From assembly GCA_051362555.1 (NCBI GenBank), contig CM120647.1:11570651-11634650 (forward strand): a DNA stretch of 64,000 bases. Reading direction: 5' to 3'. The position numbers and the translations under genes are program-made. Source of the DNA: Lingula anatina (taxonomy: Eukaryota; Animalia; Brachiopoda). Positions 37,601 to 50,791 of the stretch are shown piece by piece. Below the pieces are notes generated by a model, which was not told the origin of the DNA, did not search any database, and was given only the letters and a program-made list of their open reading frames with translations. How positions within the stretch are numbered: position 1 is the stretch's first letter; every line of letters starts with the position of its first letter.

Positions 37601-39172
37601 GTCGCAAGCGCAGTGTGACCCGGCCTTAACTCTGACTATCATACTGGTACCGGTAGACATATTTTATTCAACATTGTATTTTAGAGAAAAATATAATAAA
37701 TCCCAGCTTAAACTGGAAAATACATTATGGTGAACCATAGTGAGAACAACTTTGGTTTGGTACAATAACAGTGTAGGTTTAAAATGAAATAAATAAATAA
37801 AAACGTATACATGTACTTAGCTAGCTAAGAATGAAAATGCATATTGATAATAGAACCAGTGCATATTGCGTTTTAATATTTGCCCCTACACGTTTGCGCC
37901 CCTACCTGGTATCCCAAACTGCCAGCGTCCGGCCAGACCAGTCGCCTCGTCCATAGACACAGCCACTGAGGAGATGATGTTACAGAGGGACAGGTTGACA
38001 AGGAGAGCGTTTGCTGGAGTCTTAAGCACGGGAGACCTGAAAATAAAATAACCCGTCCTTACTTTTTGTTTTATTGATTTATCTGTACACCTTGCGACAT
38101 CATAATCTCCCGGAGTTTTAAATGGTTTATCTTTTAGTTTAATGTCCACGTATCCCGCTAAACCTCATTGAATGTTCAGTGTGTGTTAATCAAAAGTGAG
38201 CTTACGGTCGATGTTTCTAATTGAAGCAAATAAGGGACGTTTAACTTTTTAATTGAGTAAACGCAATTCAATATAGATCCAAAATCAGGGAGAATGCCAT
38301 AAATTACTAAATCACCTTGTACATTAACGTAAAAAAGGACTAGACCAGAGGACAAGACCAGAGTTGCTTAACGGCTCAGTACAAATCCTAAATAGTCGAC
38401 TTAGAAAACGAGCATTCGTCTTAATCATTAGGTATCTTTCATTAGACATGATTATCATTAAATTAATCTTGGATAAAAAATGACTAACATTTTAGACCAA
38501 ATTCCTGGCTTGAGATATTTTGTGAATCAGACCCAAGGCTGTGGCCAAGCAATTTTAAAAGGGATCTTTCCTGAAAAAGTGAACCTTTCCAACCTCAGTT
38601 CACCCAATTTGGGAAATGGCAAAGAACCCAGATCAACTTTTGATTTAGAGTAGACCTTTTTCGTGTAACCAAAAGGATGACACCTTCACCCCTCCCCCAC
38701 CCTCCCAACACCTCTGCCTTCGAACCTGCCCTGGCCCCTGCATGGCTTCATGAAGATCTTTACTCTCTCTCCAGGGGCGGATCCAGAGATATTCTCTGAC
38801 AGTCTTCTAAATTACCTTTGTTGATTCATCCTCTTTTTTTGACCGTCTTCCGACAGAAAAAATAGATACCCATCAATGACAATTTAAAAAATCTGACGGT
38901 CTTCCAGAAAACCCAAAAGACGGCCTGAATCCGCTCCTGCTCTCTTTCTCTCTCCTTATACACACTGTATCTCACCTTAAGAAGATCAGTATTATAGCTC
39001 CGTTCCCCAGCACAGAGAGCACGATTGACATGCTCAGGACGGTGCCTGCCGCCAGGGTGAATTCTGCCGACACTGGGGGATATTTCAGCCAGTGGGGGTG
39101 GACCAGACCCGCTGTGACGTCATCCGGAACCAGACCCGCTGCAGCACCGTCATACGAACTGTTTCCCGCCAT
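34686..39172 (-). CDS. Opsin, rhabdomeric (Gq/melanopsin-related), probably non-canonical; 348 aa, 3 coding exons
   Basis: Exons 39172-38976, 38036-37906 and 35404-34686 (GT-AG, phases 2 and 1; 1047 nt, in frame). Seven hydrophobic segments. N-terminal VHPHW..YPP, TM1 GN, PAN.LLVNL, GC.AY (C110/Y113), ERY, GWGNYVLEG..SCTFDY (E181), WVPY, and the retinal lysine in IAAKASP (K296). Confidence 0.93.
35563..37626. mobile_element. Non-autonomous PIF/Harbinger-like DNA transposon in opsin intron 2
   Basis: TIR AGCCTGGGTCACACTGCGCTTGCAACCTTTT / AAAAAGGTCGCAAGCGCAGTGTGACCCGGCCT with TAA TSD. Three blocks rich in GGTTGC/GGTCGC motifs. No transposase ORF. Confidence 0.85.
38772..38939. mobile_element. 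Short CAGGGGCGGATCCAG-type MITE in opsin intron 1
   Basis: CAGGGGCGGATCCAG ... CTGAATCCGCTCCTG, flanked by ctctc on both sides. Confidence 0.7.
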
Positions 39173-39401
39173 TTTCAACAAAGGTCATCAATTGAGGAAA
39201 ATCTGCCTTGTAATGCTGCTTAGTAATGCGTAGGTTTCGCAGAAAATCCAACGAAAAAGTACTCAAAAAATATATATCTGCCGGTGTTAAACGTCATGTA
39301 CACACTGTTTATGAAAAAAACACCCAATATAAAATAGAGTAAAACATGAGAGAAATCACGGTAAACAATGCGTTCATCAAACTCTGGATGCGAGGTAAAG
39401 G

Positions 39402-39420
39402 TATATATAGGCCACCCAAT
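39402..39420 (-). promoter_or_regulatory. Candidate opsin core promoter (TATATATA with adjacent CCAAT)
   Basis: TATATATA about 230 nt upstream of the ATG, CCAAT next to it, and ACGT-core motifs at about 39465 and 39647-39656. Motif evidence only. Confidence 0.35.
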
Positions 39421-40749
39421 GAAGTATTGACTGCAATTTAATGACGGTTGATGTAGGGTCACCGCACGTAATGAAGTTGCAGCGTCCCTTCAGTCACAAC
39501 CACGCAATGACATAATCCTATCTAACAATGTTAAGGCATAAACACTGGTTATGGGCAGATAAGACCTTTTTGTAAGTAGATCGTTTGGGGTCATAAGCCG
39601 TTTCCTTGCAGTCCTTTGGCAGTTGTGTCAGGAGTTCTGTTACCACACGTACGTCATTCGATTGGCGCAGATTACTGACTGATAGAAGTAAGCCCACATG
39701 AAGCAAGTTTTACCATTATAATTTTTTTAAGTTCGATCCCAGGTCGTCCTCACAAGTTCAAGGTACCACATCTATCCACAGCGCTATTATTGATCTCCTA
39801 AGTTGACACACTGTGAGGTTGAGTGTCTTTTAAATGTCACTGCTCTTAGAAATATTTTTCTTAGCCCCAAGTGGAATACGTTTATTTCACAATTTTATGC
39901 AACTTTCAGACAAAATAAAACAAGTTTAGACTATTTCAATAATACTGATTCCTCCTAATAAAGCAGCTTATTTTTTTACATGGCCTCATTAAACGACTTC
40001 TCATATCTGAGACGTGCACAGTCCTGCAAATGACAGTTAATTGGCCAGTTTCCGTTGGTATAAGTAGACTCTGTCCATTCACCATGTTAAAAAAACGACG
40101 ATGATGCCATTCCCACATCGTACGATTCCTTCACATCCATGAATCCCTAGGAGATGCGGCTGAAAAATAGCATCGGTCTGTGATACAAAGCTGTTTCAGC
40201 ACACACAGAAATTCCAGTTACTATTGCATTAAGAAGCAACTACCCAACACGTTTAAGAAAATATTTCTGTCATTTTGCAGAAGCCAACCACTGATCAATT
40301 ATCTCAATGATGGCAATACCTCTCTCGGTTGCTACTTTCCTTAGCCAATTATTTGTCTCTTTCTACAGTGTATCAGCTCTGAGGTTTTGCTTGTCTGTAA
40401 TTTCATTCTTTCCTTTGTTAAATTGCATATTTCTTTAGAGTTGGTAAATGTTGTTTGGAATGTGTGCTTTCACGTCATCTTCAGAAAATATATATTAGAC
40501 AAACGTCCTTCCGTTAGTTCGTCTTCACTTATTACCTAGGGTCCTGATATTTAATATCCGCAGTTATTTTATCGATTTTGGAGCGCGAGTGTCGTGCAAT
40601 GAAATGGTACTTTCAAGGAATACTGGTACAGTTAGTGTAGCTAGCCGATGCTGTGAAACAATCGCGATCACCACCGCTTGCTCAAAGACCTTTGTTGCGT
40701 TCGACACCTTCTGACTTGTACGTCATCGTAATTGAGATGACGGATGCTT

Positions 40750-40781
<32 letters not shown>

Positions 40782-43700
40782 CTCTTGCAGCGAATATTTT
40801 GATAGAAAACACGGGTGATAGTCGATTGATCTACGCGAGAATGAGTTGACTAAATTTATTGTTTAATCCTTTTATATTTATGTATTTATTTCTCCATTTT
40901 ATTTTCATTTTAAAAAATCACCATTGTTTCTGTCTTTTTCAGTTAGGAGTGTCTGATAGGATTCAAAGTGCTACCTGTAGTTCTGTTTAGGTAGATCTTG
41001 AGGACTATGGGAAGATAAACACAAATAATAATTTGAAAAAACCATATTCACGTAATTATCCCTTAACTAAGCCAGTTTATGTTCTAAAAGTACCTTGATC
41101 AGTATAGGATAGTATTGAAGCTCCCCTGCAATGTGTATTATAATATTAATTGATTTACCCAAAAGCTTCTTTTATGTTACTGCCAAAATTATTGATATTT
41201 GGTTGATGATACCATGAGGTCATAAACGACGCAACCAGTTAGGGATGTGTTGTAAAATACGCTAATGATTAGGGCTCAGTTTGGTGTATACTGTCTGGGG
41301 GTGAAACATCGCGCTCATACAATGTCACAGTGGACTGACTTAGATGTCCACAATGACCAAGAAGTCGGAAAGAGCTACTGTACTGAGAACTATTCTCTCA
41401 TTCTCTCCACTGAGTGGAAACCGTTGAGCACATAAATGGCTTTGTCAGCCTTCCTCTTTACGTGTGCCGGGTGCAACAATGTTACTGTACCTTGACCAAC
41501 AGTGTAACAAGGGTATATATATATACGTCAATCGTTTTATAACTGTGGCTTTGCGGGGGCAGGAAGCCCCACGCACAATTGTGAGCTCCGCTCGTTAACA
41601 AATAAGGGCGTGCTGCACGTGAAGAATTATTCCTCCTTCACCTAAATGCAATTCTCTCTGTGGTATGCAGGGTGCACCTTATGTGGTGAACACCAAGACA
41701 GATCCAGGATGACCGTTGTGACAGGAATGCAAGTCCTAGGAATGGAAGTCAGGGGTACCATATGATATAAGTACAGGTTAGGATTAGTTGCAGTAATGGG
41801 GTTACTATATAGAACGGATATCACCTGTACAATGAAATAGGAAGCGGACTACGGTTCCTAGCGGACCTCCATTCCTGTTAAACCCCAACCTCTCAATTTC
41901 TAAGGTGCCCTCCCCCCAACAAACAGTTTAAAACAGACAAAAAAGTTTAACAATTTTCATCATTTCCATTTCCTATGTACGTTTTGCAGTCAACTATTTT
42001 ATTTTAACCCTCTCCCATAGAAAACTACGTGCTGCATTGGTAGTATATAATACGCTTAGTACAAGTATATGCATGTACCATGTACTGTACCGTCCGGGCA
42101 GCATTGTGACATTGTCCTTCTCATGGATGTGAAAACGTTTACACCGAGCCCGAATGAGGGTTTTAATTAATTTCTCAGGCATATATTTTCACCTAAAGTG
42201 AACCACACTGTGATGCGTGTAGAGTACGACATACAAAGCCCAAACTTAAAGCTAACATTTTCTATTCGTCTTATACTGCATTCCCATAGATTTAGATCGA
42301 TCCATCTAGATCGATCTAAATCCCTGGGGGTTCACGCTAAATTGCTGTCAGCCGAGCGCGCACGGTAGTTAACTACCCAATTACAGCTTTTAGTAGGCGG
42401 GGCAGACGCTAAAGCCGGCTAAGCTGACAGTAATCTAGTGAGAGTCCCCACAGGGATAGATCGATCTAAAATCTGAATAGGGTCTTATGCGATGGAGGCA
42501 GTTTACGCCTCTTTACATATGGAGTACACACTGAGCAATGTATGCCCCCTTAGATTTTCTTAAGGGGGCTGCAAAAAAAAAAAAAAAAATGGTAGGCTGC
42601 ATTTCCAAACAAAAAGTTTATCCAATGACTAACAGATCCGAGGATCAAATATAGCCCAGCCACTTGAAAGCTCATCGCGTGATTCCTGCGGGTAGTTTAT
42701 TGAGTGTCCTATAGGGAATTACGCGGTGAGCTTTCAAGTGGCTCGGCCATATAGATCCGCTGATCTGTTAAGTCGCATTCAGTCCGCCGATCAAATATGG
42801 CCGACCCCACTTGAAATCGATGCTGCTTATTCCCATAATGGACTCCCTGTTTACCCCAGGGGGCTAGCAATGACGGATTAAACTTGTTCTGAAAGCACCC
42901 CTAGATCATACGACGGGAGGCAAGCTGAGTGATACAAATACATTGACCTTGACAGTGTTTTCAAGTCATTTGATTGCCGTGTACAAGGTGCGTGAATGAC
43001 ATTGTCTACTGTTAGCTGCAAACGTTCCAAGAGCGTCTAAAATATTCCAAAATGATACTTGTACTATATATAAGTAAGTCCAAATTAAAACTATATCAGT
43101 GATGATGACAGAAGGTTAAACTAATGTTTTGGGAACATGCCGTTGTTACATTTATCTGGGTTAAAAAAAAAACAAAAAAACAGGTAAATAACGTTATGAT
43201 AGAGAAGGTAAAACTTCAGATGCAACGTGACACGTTTGCTGTTTTACTTGCAATTGTTCAGCATGGTACATGTATATGCCGGTCTCTCTTATGGTGTACA
43301 TTTGCTATGACATTCTTTCCCTATTGCAAATTAAGACACTATATACACAAACACAGGTAGTTACTATTCATAATGGTTTATACAGTATATTTTCTATGAT
43401 ACGTGGCCCCTTTTTGAAATGCTTAGCATGGTATGGGCTCAATATGGTTTGTGTTACCAATGGCATATGCATAAAATGTCAAAATGCTGGCCTAAATATT
43501 TGGTCACTGCCATTTGCTGATAGACGTACATGACATGTGAAGTGGGAGCAAATAAGAGGTCAAAAACATCGCAAGCATGTGCGTGCATTGCAGGGTTTCA
43601 TTAGATAAAAAGCAGGTTTCACTGCGTTGTACACAGGCTTAAAATATAGCCGTTATCTAATAGCTGAAAGCTCCGTCGTCAATTATATGATTCAAGCTGA

Positions 43701-45249
43701 GGGGGGAGGGGGTGTTTATTAGATTTTGCGGCGCGGTATAATTACCTTACAATACCTTCTAGCTACAATAAACAAGAGGTAAAATAAGGAACGAGATATT
43801 GATATCGCGGTACAAATAATTGGGATAACCATCGAGATCGTGTCGCACATCTGTGCAAAACAAGCTATAAGCACCTACGCATTCCGCAGAGAAAAATGCG
43901 TTTTCATGATGCTCAAGATGTTTATTCTGGAATCCAAGGTCTCCAACTCGAAATACAATTTCGCTTCGTTTTGATCACTAGTACTAATGTACTAAATAAA
44001 TATATGTACACAGAAATATGCATAGACGAATGCAAAATTGAGGGGGGGGGGCTAATATAATTTTGATCAAGACACCGGGTTGTTATAATAGAAAAATGGA
44101 CATGCAGTTGTTTATGTGATGAGTTTTCGTAGAAATGTTCATTTTGCAACCGTGCTATTAACAGAAATTCGACCCAGGGTTTAATTTTACATAATTAATT
44201 TTACATTAATTTATACAGCGTTGCGGCAATTGTCTCATTTGCCAAACCTAACAATGCAAATAATCAGGTTTATCGTGGGGGATGTTACGTTCGAAGTTGT
44301 TTCTACCAACTGCACTTCCAGCTAGTCGTTGGACTCAAACACGGAAAATATATACATTGTACTGGTGCGTGTTCTAGATTTCTCATATAAAAGTTGCAGG
44401 AATCTATTATGGACGAAAAGCAAAATTACCCTTTCATAGAATGAAATATAATCGCCACTTAGTAGTCTAGATCTTAGGACTTTTTAGTCTCGACTCAAAT
44501 TGCAATAAATCATTCACTCGGCTAATTTACACATGACAAAAATATAATGATATTCCGAAAAGTGCGGAGTAATTTATAGCATTCTGCGGAAAAATGTTTT
44601 TTTAAATATAGCTTCAATGTATAATGGAAATGGCTATATCTACGAGGTTATTGAAGTACATGTACATGTGTATTCACCAGAACGTATATTTTATTGACGA
44701 CCTGATAGATTTTTAGTAAAGTAAATGTGGGTGTTAAACTTGTGACGTGGCAGGAACAGCGCGGCTCCAAATACCATCGTAGAAATCATTAACATTTATC
44801 TCTAAATATATACTTAGAATGCGGAGAAATATTTTTTATATACGTATGTGTAGTTTTTTGTGATAAATATGTTAATTAAAGCGTTTATAGTTTATATTCT
44901 ATCGTTTATTCCGCGCCAACGCTTTTTTCATATTGAAACTTGAAACTCAGCTTATTGTTTGAATATGGGACATAAAAAGCTTTCGAATCCCTTTTTTAGA
45001 TGTTCCCTTTGACCTGGCTGCTGGTACCTGATGACCTCACGCATGTTTGACGTCACGGACTCAGGTTGTCGTCCTGCTCATGCGCTTTTTGGAAATGTGA
45101 ACCCTTTGCTTTGGTCATTGCTAAGCTGTCTAGATGCACCAAAGCGTGGCACTTTTGCAGTAGGCCAACGTACACCCCTCCAACCACTATATAATTCTAT
45201 GATATTCAATATACTTTCTCAAATAATAATATGTGTGATAATTAACTTT

Positions 45250-45815
45250 GAGCAATGTCTCTGCTACTCAAATAAATTACTTTGGCAATCCATCAACTGA
45301 TTTCAATATGTTTTACATGAAACTTTCTGCCTTCCAAATATTTTGATAGCAATTAAGGCTCTCACTGGGGCTGTACTTTGTTTTAATCTCGTTGGTCAAA
45401 GAACTTGGAACGTGGTTTAATAAAAAAAGATAAAAAAATTACTTAGCAAATTTTCTTCTTTGAATAACAGGGACGTTTCTCAAAGTCACCACATAACTTA
45501 ATTTTGATTAACATTACATATTAGAAAGTTACTGGGCGGTGGAGAAGGGTGATACTGCTAAAGTACTAAAAGTGCTATGGCAGAAACACCATCATGAATG
45601 CGACAGTTGAGAAACTAAATTTTACAGCATGCAATGCAATGCGTTTTTATGTTTATAAGATCTTCGAGAACAGGGGATAGGAAATTGTCACTGAACTTGT
45701 GCGCAGTTAGTACACTTTGTACTTATCAGAAACGAAGGTGCCCGTTGCATCATTGTGTTTGGGTTTATTTGACTGCCATGACACGCGTTGAATGCTCACC
45801 TGAAAGACCTACATT
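45250..45815 (-). pseudogene. Decayed paralog fragment of the 47-63 kb gene family (exon-2-like)
   Basis: Minus strand reads ..LRTSSVT..IALHAVKFSFSTVAF (compare LKSAVT..LHANLAIYTLSTF) with stops. GCCAAAGT..AGCAGAGACATT at about 45255-45290 matches the 58.0-kb remnant. DNA is similar to 54855-54990 and 58150-58263. Confidence 0.5.
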
Positions 45816-47203
45816 GTATAACAACCGGTACCTGTGTAATTTTTCTCATTTTTTAAAAGTTAAGCTTTCTAGAATGCCAGCTGTTGGCTATTTGTTTCTA
45901 AATGCTAATGTCTCCTTAGGAACTTAACTCCTGATGTAATTCTTGCAGCAGGGCATTCACAGTTCCTTTAATCGTTGAAGAGATTTACATTAAATGACCA
46001 AATAGGTAAGTGCAGTAATTTTTGATATGAAATTAATAAGTTGTCTACAGTACCGGTAAGCTACGATTCTCTGAAGAATAACACCTAACCACAGTGACAA
46101 TCAAGTGATGTTGTTATTACCAGTACGCTATCAAAGTCTAGTCTGTACTAGCTGAGAGCATATTTTATCAGTAATACAGGGTATATTGTAAGGGGTGACG
46201 TACAGGAATCTTTAAAGATGGGGGGGGGGGGGGGGGGGGGGGGCGGTGTTGCACTTAACACTGTATTAAATGATTTTTGTTCTCCTCTCAGCATGCGCGT
46301 GCGGGTAAAGGTCGTGGTTTAGAGTGCAACTTAAAATGACAAAATCTTCGCGTCCGTGTCATATTGTGATGACCAATGCAATCAAAGATTCCTTATCACA
46401 ATATTTTTTTAGGAAATCCCCTCTTAACTCGACTATAGCATCCATGTGAGTTCCTGGATAGGCGCTAAAGAGGAGTTATATCTAAAAGTATAAAGATAAA
46501 AATGTGTGCCAACGAATACTGCTGTGTTTTGCGTTCGTCAATCACATTCTTTACATGTTATAGAATATTATTCAACGACAAACCTCGTGGTATGAATTTC
46601 ATCACTTTATTAAATATTCTGATCATGAAAACTGATTTGTTCAGTAATGTCACTCATAATGACGACATTTTAAAACGATCCATTTCACTATGGATTGTCT
46701 CATAACAGTGTCAGATGAATTCACAACTGCTGGGACGAAAACTATTACAGGTAAGTGTCGAGTTATAGTGTAGAAATTGAACAGTTTTATAATTTCATCC
46801 TTTTTCCAATGTATTTCCGTATAGACACTGTATCTATAAGGAAGTACATTGAATAAAGATGAAATCATAAAACAGTGGTTAGATACAGTACATGCAGGTT
46901 ACTATATGTATCTAGCCACAGTCTGAACATCTCCATAAATGTTATATTGTTCATACTATTAATGCAGATAACTAAGAGCTCGAGTCAAAGTGTTTGTCCT
47001 CTGTTCATTGATTTAGAAAAAAGTTAGAAACCAAAGTGATTTCCGAAATACTGTTTCCGCCCACGTGTTAAGAGCATCTAACATCAGTGGAGACGCAGGC
47101 GTAGACTATATGTGTGCGTTCGACTTATTTTCTACTGAATTTGTATTGCTGAAAAAATTGTTTTACGCCCGAGTCTGCTTTCAAGTTATGCGTATTCTTT
47201 CAA

Positions 47204-47995
47204 TCAGTTTTTCATTTGGCCCGTTTTTTCGTCAATGTTAAAGGTGGACATTATCGCCCTCATTTCTTCTTCAACAAGCTCTTTAGGGGTCTTACCCGTT
47301 GTATTAACAGGGGTTTTAGAACCTTTACTGTGTCTATCTACATTTACGAGATCAGAATGGCTATAGACACCTATCAGGACATAAATCTTTGGGATGTCTA
47401 GCACACGTTTTGAGTACCTCTGTTCTCTGAACAGAAGAATGTGATCCGATGAATCCCCGTCCAAGTGAACTTTGCGCAGTTCATTATCCTCCGGTTTACA
47501 TTCCTTCTTATCAAGGACCCATTTAAACTTCCTGGTGTATGAGAACTTTTTTTCAGCCTGCTTCATCTCACCTTTCTCTAGATCAACCGTACGGCTATTA
47601 ACAGTGTAAGATATTTCATCCCTGACCAGGGCCTGGAGACATGGAATAAGATGGCCTCGAATAGATAAAATGTGGTCTTGAAGAGACTTTTGAAATGTAT
47701 TCGAAGAGAAGATGGCTAGCTTTGCATGCGTGTTTGAAGGTGACACAGAAGATGAAGCCTCGTCTCCATCGGGTGGTGGATTTTTCGTAACAGCACTTTT
47801 CAAAAAAGTTATGAACCTTTTGGTCGAGCCCTCGTCGGTCGCCTCCTCACCAAGAACCATGTAGAAGTTTTCTTGCTGTGTCCGCAGTCTGTAAGGCTGT
47901 TAAGGGATGACATATTTCACACAGTAAATATTTAGTTATTTAGTTACTCCCCTCACGTAACTGTTTGGCCATAAAAAGGTCTAGAGCTTATAAAG

Positions 47996-48028
<33 letters not shown>

Positions 48029-49422
48029 GTATTTTCATAAGATATAAACAAAATGTCATGCTTGCAGTTGAATTATTCAGCAAGAGTTATCAACCCTAAA
48101 AGTGTGCCATTCTGCAGATTATAATTTCCATTAACATTACAGTGGTCTGGTAGACTGTGTTTTACTATACACTGACAAGTTCTCATTTGTGTCTCATACA
48201 TGAACATTTTCCCTTTAAAATCAAGGCTTATCCAGATTTAATTAGAGCATAACAAGAAATACTCAGTCAAAATAAATATACTTGTGCGAATCTAAACTAA
48301 TCAACCAAACTGCAAAAATTTCAGAGGGAAACTTTCCAACAGAACCCAAATGGAAAAAAATACTTTTAACACCAATCATGAGTTAAAATTATTTTTGTCG
48401 TTTCTCGTTTTGTGAATTCTCAACAGTGATATGTTGGTGACAGGAGAAGTATAGTAAGTATACGATGTTTACATCTGGTAGGGAGGAAAAATAAAGTTAC
48501 AATAAACTGATACTTGATGGACTGTGTACAAAGTCTACATAGATATTAACACTCAAATAATATTAGAACCGGTAGCTTATATGAAGTGTCAAATATACCA
48601 CACACACAAAAAAGGGGAAAATGCACTGATGCTCACTTAATTTAGTCTGTAATTCCTTATTATAAAAAAAGGACAGTATCAAAGTGTTTATTGAATTTCT
48701 TGGTATTAAGAAAGACCTAGATCTGTACCCTTCGTCCAAATAAATGAATAAATAATTTGTCTATAATCGCTTTACACTGTGATAAAGGCTAAACATAATA
48801 CATTTTTATCATAAAACGCAATTATAAACGAAATTAAACAAATTTTGCTAAATCGTCCATGCTGACTCTCATACCTATCATAATTCTATAAGTGTGTGGC
48901 AAGACTGCTCGATAAACAAATTGTAAATTCAACAGATAATATTCATACATGTATTTAAGAATTATGCTGTAAACTTTAAATTAATTGGTCTTTCATAGGA
49001 ATCATTTTTGCTCGACATTAACGTTAAATTAATTAGCAGATTATCATTTGTAGTAATTTAAAAGGATACAGTGAAAAATGAACATTCTTTAAAGAATCGA
49101 TTGTTCTACGAATATGACCTTTGAATTTCTCAGTTTCTTCCTGGCCGAAACCAACCATTTTAGAATTCAACTTCTCAAGGTATTCCTCCAAATATTCCAG
49201 TTCATAACCGTGCTCAATCTGCATCTCATTCAGTCCATATACGTTTTGATCTGGATTTCTTGGAGCTTTTTTCAACCTATCGAAATCGCCAGATACTATA
49301 TCTCCTTCATATAGGTTTCTCCAATCTGCATGAGGTCTTTCCTTGTCATCATTGACTATATCGGTATCACACACTGCTTGATGCTTAGGTATAATAGTAT
49401 AATACCTATGCAACGAGGCCAT
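47204..49422 (-). CDS. Uncharacterised 345-aa protein (paralog A); candidate NuiA-like plus RelE/YafQ-like two-domain protein
   Basis: Exons 49422-49070 and 47888-47204 join in frame (..VHFSL|LRTQQENFYMVLG..) across a U12-type intron. aaaATGG start context. Colinear similarity to 60529-63261 along the whole length. Domain names are inference. Confidence 0.85.
47889..49069 (-). other. U12-type (minor spliceosome) GT-AG intron, 1181 nt
   Basis: 5' site CT|GTATCCTTT. Branch site TCCCTTAAC (47907-47899) ends 10 nt before the intron end (..TACAG|). No polypyrimidine tract. Splicing restores the frame. Confidence 0.9.
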
Positions 49423-50086
49423 TTTCGGGACCTTTCAAATCATAAACTCGACGCCTTACCCGCTGATTTTCATGTATCTATAATAAATTTCTGGATGCCT
49501 TGTAAGGGACTATTTTTTAACAATTCCAATAGCAGGTCAATATTACCAAGGTGAATAAAGACAGCTAAATAATTCAAAATTCCATTAGGCACTCGTAGTT
49601 TTCTGACGAATGTTTATTAAGCTGAGTATATAGAGTATTCCTGAGCCATCAATTTTTAAGCTGTGATCGATATACTGGTAATAATTTGAGTGTGCGCTTG
49701 CCAAATTATCTAAAGTAACTTGCACAGACGACAGACAGCACTGACTTCTTTTTAAACAAATTTGAAGTTTTGTTGAACAGTTTCATTAACCGTGAGTTTG
49801 AAAATCTGAAGTAACTCTATTGAAGGGTACGTATTGGAAAGAACTGTGAATGGACGATGAGACGAGATTATCTTTCAACACGTTAATGTATAGTCATTAT
49901 TTCTCTTCGCAACGTTAAGTTTATGACTGCCAACCACAGTGAAAAAAACATCTACGGCAACTGCTTGTAGTTCAGTGAAGTTAACCAAGGACGACAGGTG
50001 TTCTGTTATATTCTCACATACATCAAAGAGTTATCGTGGATATTGTTCATCATAATACAAAGGTGATATAAACAATTTCCCGAACT

Positions 50087-50791
50087 ATGCTTAAGAAACA
50101 ACATACGTGCCCACAGGATTTACTGGATAAACGTGAAGATATAGACCGGGAACCAGAGACAAATAATTTCGTGCGTGCTCACTTAAATCAAACTTGTTAT
50201 ACTGACATGATACATAGCGCACCTCAAAATATTACATCCGCACGGTTCAAGTCTGTGGAAAGAAAGGATATTGTAGATACGGACCTTACAGAGGCACGCG
50301 GAAGAAAGCGTGGCAATTTTGAAAATCGCCTGGAAGGAGATGAAACCCATCTGATGCCAATATATGGCGAAATTCACGAACTGAAAACTGAGTCGAAATA
50401 CCTTGAGAAGGGGCAGTTTTCCTTAATGGCTAGCCATCCAATTCCATCTCCAAAAAGGTCTTTATTCAAACGCTCTAAGTCTATGGAAACGCTGCCCTGG
50501 CACAGTCACGCTTTTGGAAAGAACCCTGAGGCAATAGCACAGAAATTAGAGGCAAGTGAGAGGGAGCGTCATCAGCTTGAATATCGACTAAAAAAAGAAA
50601 GGGTCCATCAGGAAAGCTGTCTGGAAGAGCTGGGAAGCCTAGATCCAAGTATTTACGATTTTTCAAACATAGAATTGGTGAACGAATTCAATCGACTGTG
50701 GAGAGCGTTGTACGATCGTATGGACACTTGGTTAGGTGGGTGGAGGCGCTGGCAAGACGAGGAGTACCGTCAAATGATTGAAAATATTTAG
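50087..50791 (+). CDS. Orphan 234-aa ORF: charged, low-order N-terminus, coiled coil, Trp-rich C-terminal helix
   Basis: 705-nt open frame in AT-rich DNA with protein-like composition and raised GC. Heptad-like IAQKLEASERERHQLEYRLKKE. AATAAA at about 50956 and 51047. No family recognised. Confidence 0.65.
   Translation: MLKKQHTCPQDLLDKREDIDREPETNNFVRAHLNQTCYTDMIHSAPQNITSARFKSVERKDIVDTDLTEARGRKRGNFENRLEGDETHLMPIYGEIHELKTESKYLEKGQFSLMASHPIPSPKRSLFKRSKSMETLPWHSHAFGKNPEAIAQKLEASERERHQLEYRLKKERVHQESCLEELGSLDPSIYDFSNIELVNEFNRLWRALYDRMDTWLGGWRRWQDEEYRQMIENI

Noticed and set aside
46219-46243. Long poly-G run (also poly-C at 55482-55504)
   Set aside because: Simple homopolymers, often associated with MITEs and unreliable in length; no evidence of function
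49033-49069. C-terminal tails of ORFs 49033-49422 and 62848-63261 with a conserved SLYP motif
   Set aside because: The conservation is the U12 5' splice site GTATCCTTT; these codons are intronic
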